Assembly: GCA_001805965.1 (NCBI GenBank)
Contig: MHHG01000028.1
Location: forward strand, 9,193-73,192
Length of the DNA stretch: 64,000 bases
Reading direction: 5' to 3'
DNA from: Omnitrophica WOR_2 bacterium RIFOXYA2_FULL_38_17
Lineage (GTDB): Bacteria > Omnitrophota > Gorgyraeia > Zapsychrales > Zapsychraceae
Shown: positions 39,370-48,518 of the stretch, in pieces
Layout: every line of letters starts with the position of its first letter
Position numbering within the stretch: position 1 is the first letter of the stretch
Made by a program: the position numbers and the translations under genes
Notes under the pieces: model-generated
The model's database searches: none
Seen by the model: only the letters and a program-made list of their open reading frames with translations
Told to the model about the DNA's origin: nothing

Positions 39370-41673
39370 ATGAAAAAAATATTAATATTCTTATTACTCC
39401 TTTTATTTACTGTTATTTTTATTAATAGCAAAACAGGCTTTGCCCAAAGCACAGAAACAAAAGTTGTTAAAGCTATTGAGGTTAAAGGAAATAATACGAT
39501 TGGTATAGCGACTATTCTTTCTAAAATTAAAACACGAGTTGGACAGGAATATCTTCAGTCGGTTGTTAGTGATGACCTGAAAAGGCTATATAACACAGGT
39601 TATTTTTCTGATGTGAAGGTTGATAGGGTAAATTATGAAGATGGTTTAAAGGTCATGATATATTTAGAGGAAAAGCCAATAGTTGAAGAAGTTACTTTTT
39701 CCAAAACGAAATATATTAAGGCGAAATCTTTAAAAAGGAAAATAAAGACTACAGCAGGCAAGTTTTTGGATAAAAAAGACTTGAAGGATGATATAGATAC
39801 GATCAAGGAGCTTTACTCTAAAAAAGGATTTATCCAGGCTGAGGTTGAAGAAGAGGTTTTTGCAGATGAAGTAACAAATAAAGTTAGTATACATTTTATT
39901 GTCAGAGAAGGGTATCGTGTAAGGATCAAAAATATAAACGTTCTTGGTAATGAAGCATATAAAAAGAAAAAGATCCTCAGGATTATAAAGGCCCGTAAAA
40001 GATCCATTTTTACCGGTGGTTATTTGAAGGAGGATATACTTAAAGAAGATATGGGAAGGATAACTTCTTTCTATGAGCAAAATGGATTTATTGATGCTAA
40101 CGCCAGCTATACGGTAGAAACTTTATATAAAGGGCGTATTGAGATTAATATCAAAATAAATGAAGGTAAAAGGTATTCAGTCGGCAACGTTGTTGTTTTA
40201 GGCAACAGGATACTTTCGGACAAAGAAGTATTTTCAGTAATGGAATATATCGAGGAAGGCAATGTTTTTAGCAGGGAAAAACTTGGAGTTGACCTCGCAG
40301 CCATTCGAACATTGTATTTTGACAGAGGATATATTTTTGCTAATGTCGAAGAATCGACATCGCTTGATACTAACACGGGAAAAGTTGAAGTTAAGATCAA
40401 TATAGTCGAGGGCGGTCTAGCTTATATTGAGAAGATCAAAGTCCAGGGCAACACTAGAACTAGAGATATTGTTATTAGAAGAGAATTAAGGATGTTTCCC
40501 GGGGATAGATTTGATGGTACAAAATTAAGAAGAAGCAAGGAGCGTCTAAGTAATCTGGGATATTTTGAAGAAGTTGATTTTGATATCGAGGATACAGATG
40601 CTTATGATAGAAAGAACTTAGTTGTTCAGGTAAAGGAAGCGAAAACAGGGACTTTTAGTTTTGGAGGCGGGTTCAGTACTGTTGACCAGGTTGTTGGCTT
40701 TGTTGAAATTGAACAAAGGAACTTTGATTTTGCAAATTGGCCAACGTTCACAGGTGGTGGCCAGCAGTTGAAGGTGCGAGCAGAGACAGGTTCCACAAAG
40801 AACAATCTTCTTTTGAGTTTTACGGAGCCATGGATATTTGATTATCCTGTTTCTGGCGGCTTTGACATTTATAGAAGAGTAAGGGAGCGCGAAGAGAATA
40901 CTGGCTATGCTTATGATGAAGAAAGAATCGGAGGGATGATTCGCTTTGGAAAACAGTTCTCAGATATTGTTTCAGGGGGTATCTCATATAAGCGCGAGGA
41001 AGTAACTATTGAAAACTTTGAGACTGGTGTCTCGTCTGACCTTATTGATGAGGAAGGCACTAATACTACGAGCATGGTCGGGATTACCTTATCAAGAGAT
41101 ACTAGAGACAGTGTTTTTTCTCCGACAAAAGGCTTGTCTTTAAGCGGTGGTTTTGATGTCGCTGGCAGTGTTCTTGGCGGAGATAAAGATTTCTTTAGGC
41201 TTCAGGGCAGGTCAAGCTATTACATTCCTTTGAAATTTAAATCTGTTTTAGAGTTTAGGGTTCAAGGTGGTTATGTAAATGCATTTGATGATTCTAGTAA
41301 AGTCCCTATCTTTGAGAGGTTCTTCGCTGGTGGTGCTAGTACAATCAGAGGGTACGATGAAAGAAAAGTTGGGCCTCTTGATTCTAGTACGAAGGATCCA
41401 ATCGGTGGCGAGAGTATGCTAGTTGCTAATGTTGAGTATACGATTCCGCTGATCGATTTTATTAAGCTTGCAGCATTTTTTGATGCCGGAAATGTTTGGC
41501 CTACAATAGAGGATTTTGGATTAGGTGATTTTAAATCCGGCATGGGGTTGGGCTTAAGGGTTAAAACGCCAGTTGGCCCCATCAACCTTGATTATGGTTA
41601 TCCGTTGAATGAGGAACCTGGTGAAGAAGGCAAATCTGGTAAATTTTATTTCAGTGTAAGTCGAGGATTTTAA
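39370..41673 (+). CDS. bamA: outer membrane protein assembly factor BamA
   Basis: Signal peptide, repeated POTRA-like segments, and a C-terminal beta-barrel ending in an aromatic residue. Confidence 0.85.
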   Translation: MKKILIFLLLLLFTVIFINSKTGFAQSTETKVVKAIEVKGNNTIGIATILSKIKTRVGQEYLQSVVSDDLKRLYNTGYFSDVKVDRVNYEDGLKVMIYLEEKPIVEEVTFSKTKYIKAKSLKRKIKTTAGKFLDKKDLKDDIDTIKELYSKKGFIQAEVEEEVFADEVTNKVSIHFIVREGYRVRIKNINVLGNEAYKKKKILRIIKARKRSIFTGGYLKEDILKEDMGRITSFYEQNGFIDANASYTVETLYKGRIEINIKINEGKRYSVGNVVVLGNRILSDKEVFSVMEYIEEGNVFSREKLGVDLAAIRTLYFDRGYIFANVEESTSLDTNTGKVEVKINIVEGGLAYIEKIKVQGNTRTRDIVIRRELRMFPGDRFDGTKLRRSKERLSNLGYFEEVDFDIEDTDAYDRKNLVVQVKEAKTGTFSFGGGFSTVDQVVGFVEIEQRNFDFANWPTFTGGGQQLKVRAETGSTKNNLLLSFTEPWIFDYPVSGGFDIYRRVREREENTGYAYDEERIGGMIRFGKQFSDIVSGGISYKREEVTIENFETGVSSDLIDEEGTNTTSMVGITLSRDTRDSVFSPTKGLSLSGGFDVAGSVLGGDKDFFRLQGRSSYYIPLKFKSVLEFRVQGGYVNAFDDSSKVPIFERFFAGGASTIRGYDERKVGPLDSSTKDPIGGESMLVANVEYTIPLIDFIKLAAFFDAGNVWPTIEDFGLGDFKSGMGLGLRVKTPVGPINLDYGYPLNEEPGEEGKSGKFYFSVSRGF

Positions 41674-41688
41674 AAAAGGAGGATGTTA

Positions 41689-42201
41689 ATGAAAATTTTA
41701 AGACTAGTTGTTCTTTTTTCTGTAGCGGTGTTTTTGATGACATCAAATTCTTATGCGCAGAATAAAGATGGGAAAATGGGATATGTGGATATTAGCCGTT
41801 TATTTGACAGCTATTATAAGACAAAAGAGTATGACGAGATTTTAAATGGAAAACATACTGCTTTTCAGGAAGAAGTCAAAGGCAAAGTAGAAGAGATCAA
41901 AGAAAAAGAAAGCAAATTGGTTTTGCTTGCTGATGACAAAAAAGCGGACCTTGAAACAGAAATTGAAACAATGAGAACGAGCCTTTTGGAATTTGACCGC
42001 CAGAAGAAAACTGATTTAACGAAAGAGCGTAATGAGAAGATCCAAGAACTGCTTCTTGAGATCGAACATATTATCAGTAATTATGCTGAAAAGGAAAATT
42101 ATTCAGTTATCTTGAATGACAGGGTTTTAATTTATGGAAATCCGGCGCTTGATTTAACAGCAGAAATTCTAAAAATTTTAAATGAGAATGAAGCGAAGTA
42201 G
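41689..42201 (+). CDS. skp: periplasmic chaperone Skp (OmpH family)
   Basis: Signal peptide and a coiled-coil body. AGGAGG RBS 6 nt before the ATG at 41689; the ATG at 41683 abuts the RBS and is unlikely to be used. Confidence 0.75.
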   Translation: MKILRLVVLFSVAVFLMTSNSYAQNKDGKMGYVDISRLFDSYYKTKEYDEILNGKHTAFQEEVKGKVEEIKEKESKLVLLADDKKADLETEIETMRTSLLEFDRQKKTDLTKERNEKIQELLLEIEHIISNYAEKENYSVILNDRVLIYGNPALDLTAEILKILNENEAK

Positions 42202-42228
42202 TTTGTTTTATAAAGAATAGAGGACAAG

Positions 42229-42294
42229 AATAGGGGACAGCACCCTATTTTTATTCAAAGAAAAATTAGAGAAAATAGGGTGCTGTCCCCTATT
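42229..42294. repeat. perfect 22-bp inverted repeat (AATAGGGGACAGCACCCTATTT / AAATAGGGTGCTGTCCCCTATT) with 22-nt loop, between skp and lpxD
   Basis: Arms at 42229-42250 and 42273-42294 are exact reverse complements, with a GC-rich core in AT-rich surroundings. Confidence 0.6.
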
Positions 42295-42310
42295 TAAAAT
42301 AGGAAATGAT

Positions 42311-43351
42311 ATGCAAAAGACCTTAGCCGAGATAGCAGAATTGATCGGGGGCGAGGTTGTTGGTGATAGGACATTAGTTATAACAGGGGTTAACGGTATC
42401 CATGAGGCAAAAGAAGGCGAGTTGACCTTTGTTTCAAATTCTAAATATGTGCCAATTGCTAAGGAAACTAAAGCTTCAGCAATAATCATATCCAGGGATA
42501 TGTCGATCCCCGGGAAAACAGTAATTCTCACCGATAGACCCTCTATTGCTTTTACAGAAGTTATTTCTTTGTTTGCTTCAGCAGGCCAGTCTAATTTTAA
42601 AGGCATACATGCCTCAGCAGTGATTGCTGATGATGCTTTAATTGGGAAGAATGTTTCTGTCGGTCCAAACGTTATCATAGAAGATGGTGTCTCAATTGGA
42701 GATGGTTGTGTTATTTATGGCGGTGTTTTTATCGGGCACAAAACAGCAATAGGTAATAATTGCATTTTTTATCCCAATGTTGTTCTCATGCACCGTTCAA
42801 TAATAGGCAACAATGTAATTATTCACAGCGGAACAGTTGTTGGGTCTGATGGCTTTGGTTATGAGCAGGTTGACGGGAAACATAAAAAGATCCCTCAGAT
42901 TGGAATTGTTGTTATTGAGGATGATGTAGAGATCGGCGCAAATGTTACTATTGACAGGGCAAGGTTCGATAAAACTTTTATCGGGCGGGGCACTAAAATT
43001 GATAATTTAGTTCAGGTGGCTCATAATGTTTCAATTGGCGAGGATTGTATTATTATATCGCAAGTTGGCATCTCAGGAAGTGTCAGTATCGGCAAGAATG
43101 CAATATTGGCGGGTCAGGTCGGAGTTGTAGGCCATTTGACGATCGGTGAAGGAGCGCTTATAACTGCGCAAAGCGCTGTAATGAAATCCGTACCGCCTTT
43201 TACCAAAGCACTGGGTTCACCAGCTAGGGCCTATGCGGACCAAATGAAGATCAATGCATGCACTCAAAAACTTCCTTTATATATCAAAGAGATAAAGGAA
43301 TTAAAAAAACAAGTTAAAGAACTTAAGGAAAAGATAGATAGTGTCAGTTAA
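42311..43351 (+). CDS. lpxD: UDP-3-O-(3-hydroxyacyl)glucosamine N-acyltransferase
   Basis: LpxD N-domain and a left-handed beta-helix hexapeptide repeat. Confidence 0.9.
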   Translation: MQKTLAEIAELIGGEVVGDRTLVITGVNGIHEAKEGELTFVSNSKYVPIAKETKASAIIISRDMSIPGKTVILTDRPSIAFTEVISLFASAGQSNFKGIHASAVIADDALIGKNVSVGPNVIIEDGVSIGDGCVIYGGVFIGHKTAIGNNCIFYPNVVLMHRSIIGNNVIIHSGTVVGSDGFGYEQVDGKHKKIPQIGIVVIEDDVEIGANVTIDRARFDKTFIGRGTKIDNLVQVAHNVSIGEDCIIISQVGISGSVSIGKNAILAGQVGVVGHLTIGEGALITAQSAVMKSVPPFTKALGSPARAYADQMKINACTQKLPLYIKEIKELKKQVKELKEKIDSVS

Positions 43352-44675
43352 ACAAAGAACAATCAAGCAGGAGTTTTCAATCTCGGGCATAGGGCTTCAT
43401 ACAGGGGTTTCTGTCGATGTAAAATTTAAACCAGCTGAAGTGAATGTTGGCATAGTTTTTATCAGGATAGATTTGAAAGATAAACATATTATTAGAGTGT
43501 CTCCTGAAAATGTTTTTTCAGATCTGCAAGGGACCCGCTGTACTTCATTGGGCACAAAAGATGTACAGGTTAGGACTGTCGAGCATTTAATGAGTGTTCT
43601 ATGCGGATTGAATATCAGCAATCTTATTGTTGAAGTTAATGCTGAAGAGATACCGGGGATGTGTGGCAGCGCCAAAGAGATCTTATATGCATTTAAAAAG
43701 GCCGGTGTTGTGGAACAAGATGCTGATCAAGAATTTTATGAAATTAAGGAGCCGATAGGCGTTCAGAGTAAAGACGCATCAATTTATATCGTTCCATCTC
43801 AAGATTTCAAGATATCTTATACTTTGGATTATGATCATCCATATCTCAGATCACAGTTTTTTAGCATTAATGTCACTTCTGAATCTTTTGAAAATGAGAT
43901 CGCGCCATGCAGGACCTTTTGTGTTGAGTCAGAAGCGGCAGAGCTAAAAGCAAGAGGGCTTGGAAAAGGTGCAAGTTATAAGAACACGCTTGTTGTTGGT
44001 AAAGACGGAGTCCTCGAGAATGAAACGCTTTTTAAGGATGAGTTCGCACGTCATAAGATATTAGATTTCATAGGAGATCTTTATTTGTTCGGGATGCCGA
44101 TCAAGGGCCATGTTTTTGCTGTCAGAAGCGGGCATAAATTGAATTTAGAACTACTAAAAAAAATATACAGACAAAAAGAAAAAAATAAAAAGAATACTGT
44201 TGTTCCAGTTTTTAATGAAGAAGGAAGAAGGGAGATCAATATAAACGGGATCATGCAGATACTTCCCCATAGATACCCGTTCTTGCTTATTGATAGGGTC
44301 GTTGAGGTTGAAAAAGGGAGAAAAGCAATTGGCTTGAAGAATGTTACTATTAATGAGAATTTTTTTCAGGGACATTTTCCGACGAATCCTGTTATGCCTG
44401 GAGTGCTGATGGTTGAGGCAATGGCCCAGACTGCGGGCGTTATGATGTTGACTGATGAAGACCGCCACGGCAGGCTGGCTTTTTTTATGGCAATCGATAA
44501 AGTAAAATTCAGAAAGGTTGTCAGCCCTGGTGACCAATTGATCATTGAAGTTGAAGTGATAAAAGACAGGACGAGAGTGGCTCAAGTCAAGGGTTCTTCA
44601 AAAGTTAATGGTGAAGTTGTTGCTGAAGCGGATATGATGTTCTCTTTTGCGCCTTCATCTTTTTTGAATCAATAA
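43341..44675 (+). CDS. lpxC: bifunctional UDP-3-O-acyl-N-acetylglucosamine deacetylase / 3-hydroxyacyl-ACP dehydratase (LpxC-FabZ fusion)
   Basis: N-terminal LpxC motifs (TVEHL, HKILDFIGDL). The C-terminal FabZ hotdog carries the catalytic FQGHFP motif. Confidence 0.85.
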   Translation: MSVKQRTIKQEFSISGIGLHTGVSVDVKFKPAEVNVGIVFIRIDLKDKHIIRVSPENVFSDLQGTRCTSLGTKDVQVRTVEHLMSVLCGLNISNLIVEVNAEEIPGMCGSAKEILYAFKKAGVVEQDADQEFYEIKEPIGVQSKDASIYIVPSQDFKISYTLDYDHPYLRSQFFSINVTSESFENEIAPCRTFCVESEAAELKARGLGKGASYKNTLVVGKDGVLENETLFKDEFARHKILDFIGDLYLFGMPIKGHVFAVRSGHKLNLELLKKIYRQKEKNKKNTVVPVFNEEGRREININGIMQILPHRYPFLLIDRVVEVEKGRKAIGLKNVTINENFFQGHFPTNPVMPGVLMVEAMAQTAGVMMLTDEDRHGRLAFFMAIDKVKFRKVVSPGDQLIIEVEVIKDRTRVAQVKGSSKVNGEVVAEADMMFSFAPSSFLNQ

Positions 44676-44737
44676 ACAAGATTATATGTTTTTAAAAGTG
44701 GCAATTTCATTTAAAATATATTTAATAGGAAGATAAT

Positions 44738-45523
44738 ATGGAAAATGTAAATATTCATAAGACAGCTATCATTCATTCCGGGGCAAAAGTGTCTCCAGGC
44801 GTTTCAATAGGGCCTTATTCAGTAATAGATAGCGATGTTACATTGGGGGACAATGTTCGTATTGGAAGCCATTGTGTGATCACTGGACAAACTAAAATTG
44901 GACGTAATTGTAAGATCTATACAGGGGCGGTAGTGGGAAGCGCCCCTCAGGATAAGAAACATTCTTCTGACGATAATGTTTTTTTGAACATAGGCGAGAA
45001 CAATGTAATCAGGGAATATGTGACGATCAACACCGGCACGGCAGAAGGTGGCGGCAAAACGGTTATATGTGATAATAACCTGATGATGGCGTATGCTCAT
45101 GTCGCGCATGATTGTGTTATTGGTAATAATTGTATTATGGCAAATGCTGCAACTCTTGGAGGGCATGTTGTCTTAGAAGATAATGCTATGATAGGTGGCT
45201 TTTCAGCTGTTCACCAGTTTACTAGGATCGGACGCTTAGCTATTGTGGGGGGGTGTTCAAAGGTTGTTCAGGATGTTCCGCCATTCTCAATGTGCGATGG
45301 GCATCCGGCAAAAGTCATTAAAATCAATTCCGTCGGGCTAAAACGTGCAGGCATTTCCAGCGAGGTAGCTGGAAATCTCAAGAAAGCTTTTAAGATCCTT
45401 TTTAGGCAGGGACTATCAAAAACAAATGCAGTAAAAAAGGCGCTTGAAGAAGTTCCTAATTGTCCAGAAATAGAACACTTGATATTTTTTATAAAGACTT
45501 CTGATAGGGGTTTGTGCGGTTAG
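44738..45523 (+). CDS. lpxA: acyl-ACP--UDP-N-acetylglucosamine O-acyltransferase
   Basis: Hexapeptide-repeat beta-helix and a C-terminal alpha-helical domain. Confidence 0.9.
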   Translation: MENVNIHKTAIIHSGAKVSPGVSIGPYSVIDSDVTLGDNVRIGSHCVITGQTKIGRNCKIYTGAVVGSAPQDKKHSSDDNVFLNIGENNVIREYVTINTGTAEGGGKTVICDNNLMMAYAHVAHDCVIGNNCIMANAATLGGHVVLEDNAMIGGFSAVHQFTRIGRLAIVGGCSKVVQDVPPFSMCDGHPAKVIKINSVGLKRAGISSEVAGNLKKAFKILFRQGLSKTNAVKKALEEVPNCPEIEHLIFFIKTSDRGLCG

Positions 45524-45568
45524 CGAGTTAATTATAAGGCTCGCTGATTTCTTTTAAAGATTATACAT

Positions 45569-46378
45569 ATGCAAACAAAGATTTTAGGCCTTATCGCGGG
45601 TAATGGTAAATTTCCCATCATATTTGCTCAAAAAGCAAGATCCCAAAACTATAAAGTGATTGCTGCAGGAATCAAGGGGGATACTTCTTTTTTATTGAAG
45701 TATTTTGTAAGCGAGCACTCTCTTTTTAAAGCAGGTGAACTGAAAAAGCTTTTTTCTTTTTTGAAAGAAAAGGGGGTCACCCATGCTGTTATGGCGGGCC
45801 AAGTCAGCCAGAGAAATCTATTTAAAAAGGATGTTGTTTTCGACGAGGAATTTCAGGCGATCTTTGACTCATTAAAGGACAGAAAGGCAGATACTATATT
45901 TTCCGCGATTGCAAATAAACTAAAAGAGAATGGCATAGAACTTGTTGATTCAACATTTTTACTAAAAGATTGCCTTGCAGCCAAAGGGATTTTATCTGAC
46001 AGAAAACCGACTGATGAAGAGTTGCTGGATATAGAATTTGGTAAAGAGATCGCCAAGAAGATGGGCGCTGTTGATGTCGGCCAAACGGTTGTTATTAAAA
46101 GAAAGGCGATTGTTGCTATAGAGGCAATGGAAGGCACTGATAAGGCTATTTATCGAGGAGGCAAAATTGCAAAAAATGGGGCAGTTGTTGTAAAGATGAG
46201 CAAACCGAACCAGGATTTGCGGTTTGATGTGCCTGTTATTGGCCCTAGAACGATATCTGTTATGAAAAAATGTTCTGCAAGTTGCCTTGCTATTGAAGCA
46301 GGTAAGACATTGATAATAGATAAAGAAACTTGTTTGAAGATAGCTAATTTAGCAGGAATTTGTATAATTTCAATTTGA
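45569..46378 (+). CDS. lpxI: UDP-2,3-diacylglucosamine hydrolase LpxI (DUF1009)
   Basis: LGLIAGNGKFP N-terminus typical of LpxI. The position after lpxA fits an LpxH replacement. Confidence 0.7.
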   Translation: MQTKILGLIAGNGKFPIIFAQKARSQNYKVIAAGIKGDTSFLLKYFVSEHSLFKAGELKKLFSFLKEKGVTHAVMAGQVSQRNLFKKDVVFDEEFQAIFDSLKDRKADTIFSAIANKLKENGIELVDSTFLLKDCLAAKGILSDRKPTDEELLDIEFGKEIAKKMGAVDVGQTVVIKRKAIVAIEAMEGTDKAIYRGGKIAKNGAVVVKMSKPNQDLRFDVPVIGPRTISVMKKCSASCLAIEAGKTLIIDKETCLKIANLAGICIISI

Positions 46379-46498
46379 TCTTTATTGTTTGCTTGTTTAT
46401 TTTTGGGTATTTTGTTGCATTTTCTCACATTAATAAGCATCACCAGGCTCTAATACGTTTTTTTATTTTTCTCGCCGAAAAAGACCTTTTCCTTTTGA

Positions 46499-46527
46499 TT
46501 GACACCAAAATGCTTTTTCTATATAAT
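46499..46527 (+). promoter_or_regulatory. consensus sigma70 promoter TTGACA-17-TATAAT upstream of lysS
   Basis: Exact consensus hexamers at 46499-46504 and 46522-46527, about 48 nt before the lysS ATG. Confidence 0.55.
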
Positions 46528-46574
46528 TGTATACTACATTAATTAATATTAATATTATTAAAATAGGATGAACT

Positions 46575-48014
46575 ATGGAAGTTGATGAAATAAAAAGAAT
46601 TAGAATCGAAAAGATTAAAAACCTTAAAGATATCGGGATTAATCCCTATGGTGGAAAATTCGGGCCAATTGATGATATAAAAAGTATCCTTGATGCATTT
46701 CAAGAAGAAAAAGAAGTTGTTATTGCTGGTAGGTTAATGGCGGTCAGAAGCCATGGCAAAGTTCTCTTTGCAGATATTTTAGATCAAACCGGAAGCATAC
46801 AGCTTTTTATTAAGATCGGTGTTATTGATGCAGAAATAGTCAAGGCTTTGGATATAGGGGATATTATTGGAGTAAAGGGGACATTGTTTGTTACAAAAAT
46901 GGGCCAGCAAAGTCTTCGTGTTTTGAGCATTGATGTTCTTTCAAAGTCTCTAATGACCTTGCCTGAAAAGTGGCATGGATTGAAAGATGTTGAGATCAGA
47001 TATCGCCAGAGATATGTAGACCTGATTGCCAACACAGATGTTAAAGATTTGTTTATAAAAAGAAGTAGAATTGTCTCTTTGATAAGAAAATTTTTGGATG
47101 ATCAAGGGTTCCTGGAAGTTGAAACCCCGATGCTTCAACCTTTGGCTGGAGGCGCCCGCGGCAGGCCTTTCAAAAGTCTCCATAACGCATATGATATGGA
47201 TGTCTTTTTGAGGATTGCCCCGGAGCTATATTTGAAAAGGTTATTAGTCGGCGGAATGGAAAGAGTTTATGAGATCAATAGGAATTTTAGGAATGAAGGT
47301 GTTTCAACAAGGCATAATCCTGAATTTACCATGCTTGAGGTATATCAGGCATATGGTGATTATCAGGATATGATGAAACTAACAGAAGACCTTGTAAGCG
47401 GATTGGCAAAAGAGATAACTGGTTCTTGTAAAGTTATGTATCAGGGAAAAGAAATAGATTTTACTACACCCTGGGAAAGAAGGTCATTTGCAGGAGTAGT
47501 AAAAGAAAAATTTGATATAAATCCTGAAGACAGCGCTGAAGTGATGCTTGAGAAAGTTAAGGCTAAAAAAAGCGCTAAAGTAAATGTAGATAAATTGACG
47601 CGTTCGGCAGTTATGAAGATTGTCGAAGATGTTCTTGAAGAAGATGAGATCGTAAATCCAGTTTTCTTTACTGATTATTTTACCTTCTTATGTCCCTTAG
47701 CAAAAACCATGCCTGATAATCCAGATATATCTCAAAGATTCGAAGCTTTTGTTGCAGGAATGGAGATCGGTAATGCATATTCAGAGCTTAATGACCCTGT
47801 CGAGCAAAGAAAAAGGTTGCTGGAAGACCTTGAGGATGATGTGGAGACGGGAAATAGATGTATTGATGAGGATTTTCTAAATGCTCTGGAATATGGGATG
47901 CCGCCAGCTGGTGGCCTTGGCATTGGGATTGATAGATTGGTTATGCTTCTGACAGATGCAGCATCTATAAGGGATGTTATTCTCTTTCCTTTGATGAAGC
48001 CGCAACAAAAATAA
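46575..48014 (+). CDS. lysS: lysine--tRNA ligase, class II
   Basis: OB-fold anticodon-binding N-domain and class II motifs (FRNEG, GGLGIGIDRL). Confidence 0.9.
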   Translation: MEVDEIKRIRIEKIKNLKDIGINPYGGKFGPIDDIKSILDAFQEEKEVVIAGRLMAVRSHGKVLFADILDQTGSIQLFIKIGVIDAEIVKALDIGDIIGVKGTLFVTKMGQQSLRVLSIDVLSKSLMTLPEKWHGLKDVEIRYRQRYVDLIANTDVKDLFIKRSRIVSLIRKFLDDQGFLEVETPMLQPLAGGARGRPFKSLHNAYDMDVFLRIAPELYLKRLLVGGMERVYEINRNFRNEGVSTRHNPEFTMLEVYQAYGDYQDMMKLTEDLVSGLAKEITGSCKVMYQGKEIDFTTPWERRSFAGVVKEKFDINPEDSAEVMLEKVKAKKSAKVNVDKLTRSAVMKIVEDVLEEDEIVNPVFFTDYFTFLCPLAKTMPDNPDISQRFEAFVAGMEIGNAYSELNDPVEQRKRLLEDLEDDVETGNRCIDEDFLNALEYGMPPAGGLGIGIDRLVMLLTDAASIRDVILFPLMKPQQK

Positions 48015-48089
48015 ATGGTATCAATATTTTTTCTACTGGTCTAAATAGTTATTTTTATTAAGCAATGTTAAAGAAAGGAAAAGAATCTT

Positions 48090-48497
48090 ATGCAAGAAGA
48101 AATTATTGATCAAAACAATGTTTCTCGTGATCTATTGATGGCCTATTTTGATAAAGCATATTTCCAGACCTCTTTAGATGATAAAGGGAGCTTGTTTATT
48201 CAAGATAAATTCAGGATTTTTATAGATATCGGCAAGAAGAAAGCTAATATCACCTTGGGAGTTTATTTCAATCTTAAAGAAGGCTGCTTGTTTTCTGATG
48301 TTTTGGAATATGCAAATACTATTAATAAAGAACTGATTCAGATCAAAGCTATTGCAGGCGAAAAAGTCATAACTATTGAATATGACATTTGGATAGAAGG
48401 CGGGGCTTTGGTAAAGAATGTTATGGCTTCATATAGAAGTTTTGTATCTCAAGTTTCTGCTTCAATAGGCAAAGATCGAAATCAAGTGCTTTTATAG
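48090..48497 (+). CDS. hypothetical protein, possibly YbjN-like
   Basis: 135 aa with an AAGGAAAAG RBS. The YbjN assignment rests only on alternating beta-strand character and is weak. Confidence 0.4.
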   Translation: MQEEIIDQNNVSRDLLMAYFDKAYFQTSLDDKGSLFIQDKFRIFIDIGKKKANITLGVYFNLKEGCLFSDVLEYANTINKELIQIKAIAGEKVITIEYDIWIEGGALVKNVMASYRSFVSQVSASIGKDRNQVLL

Positions 48498-48518
48498 TCT
48501 TTAAGGCAAAGGATAATT

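Noticed and set aside
43341-44675. Possibility that the LpxC-FabZ fusion is a frameshift or assembly artefact
   Set aside because: The reading frame is continuous with a natural linker (KNKKNTVVPVFNEEGRREININ) between intact domains. This fusion is known in other lineages.
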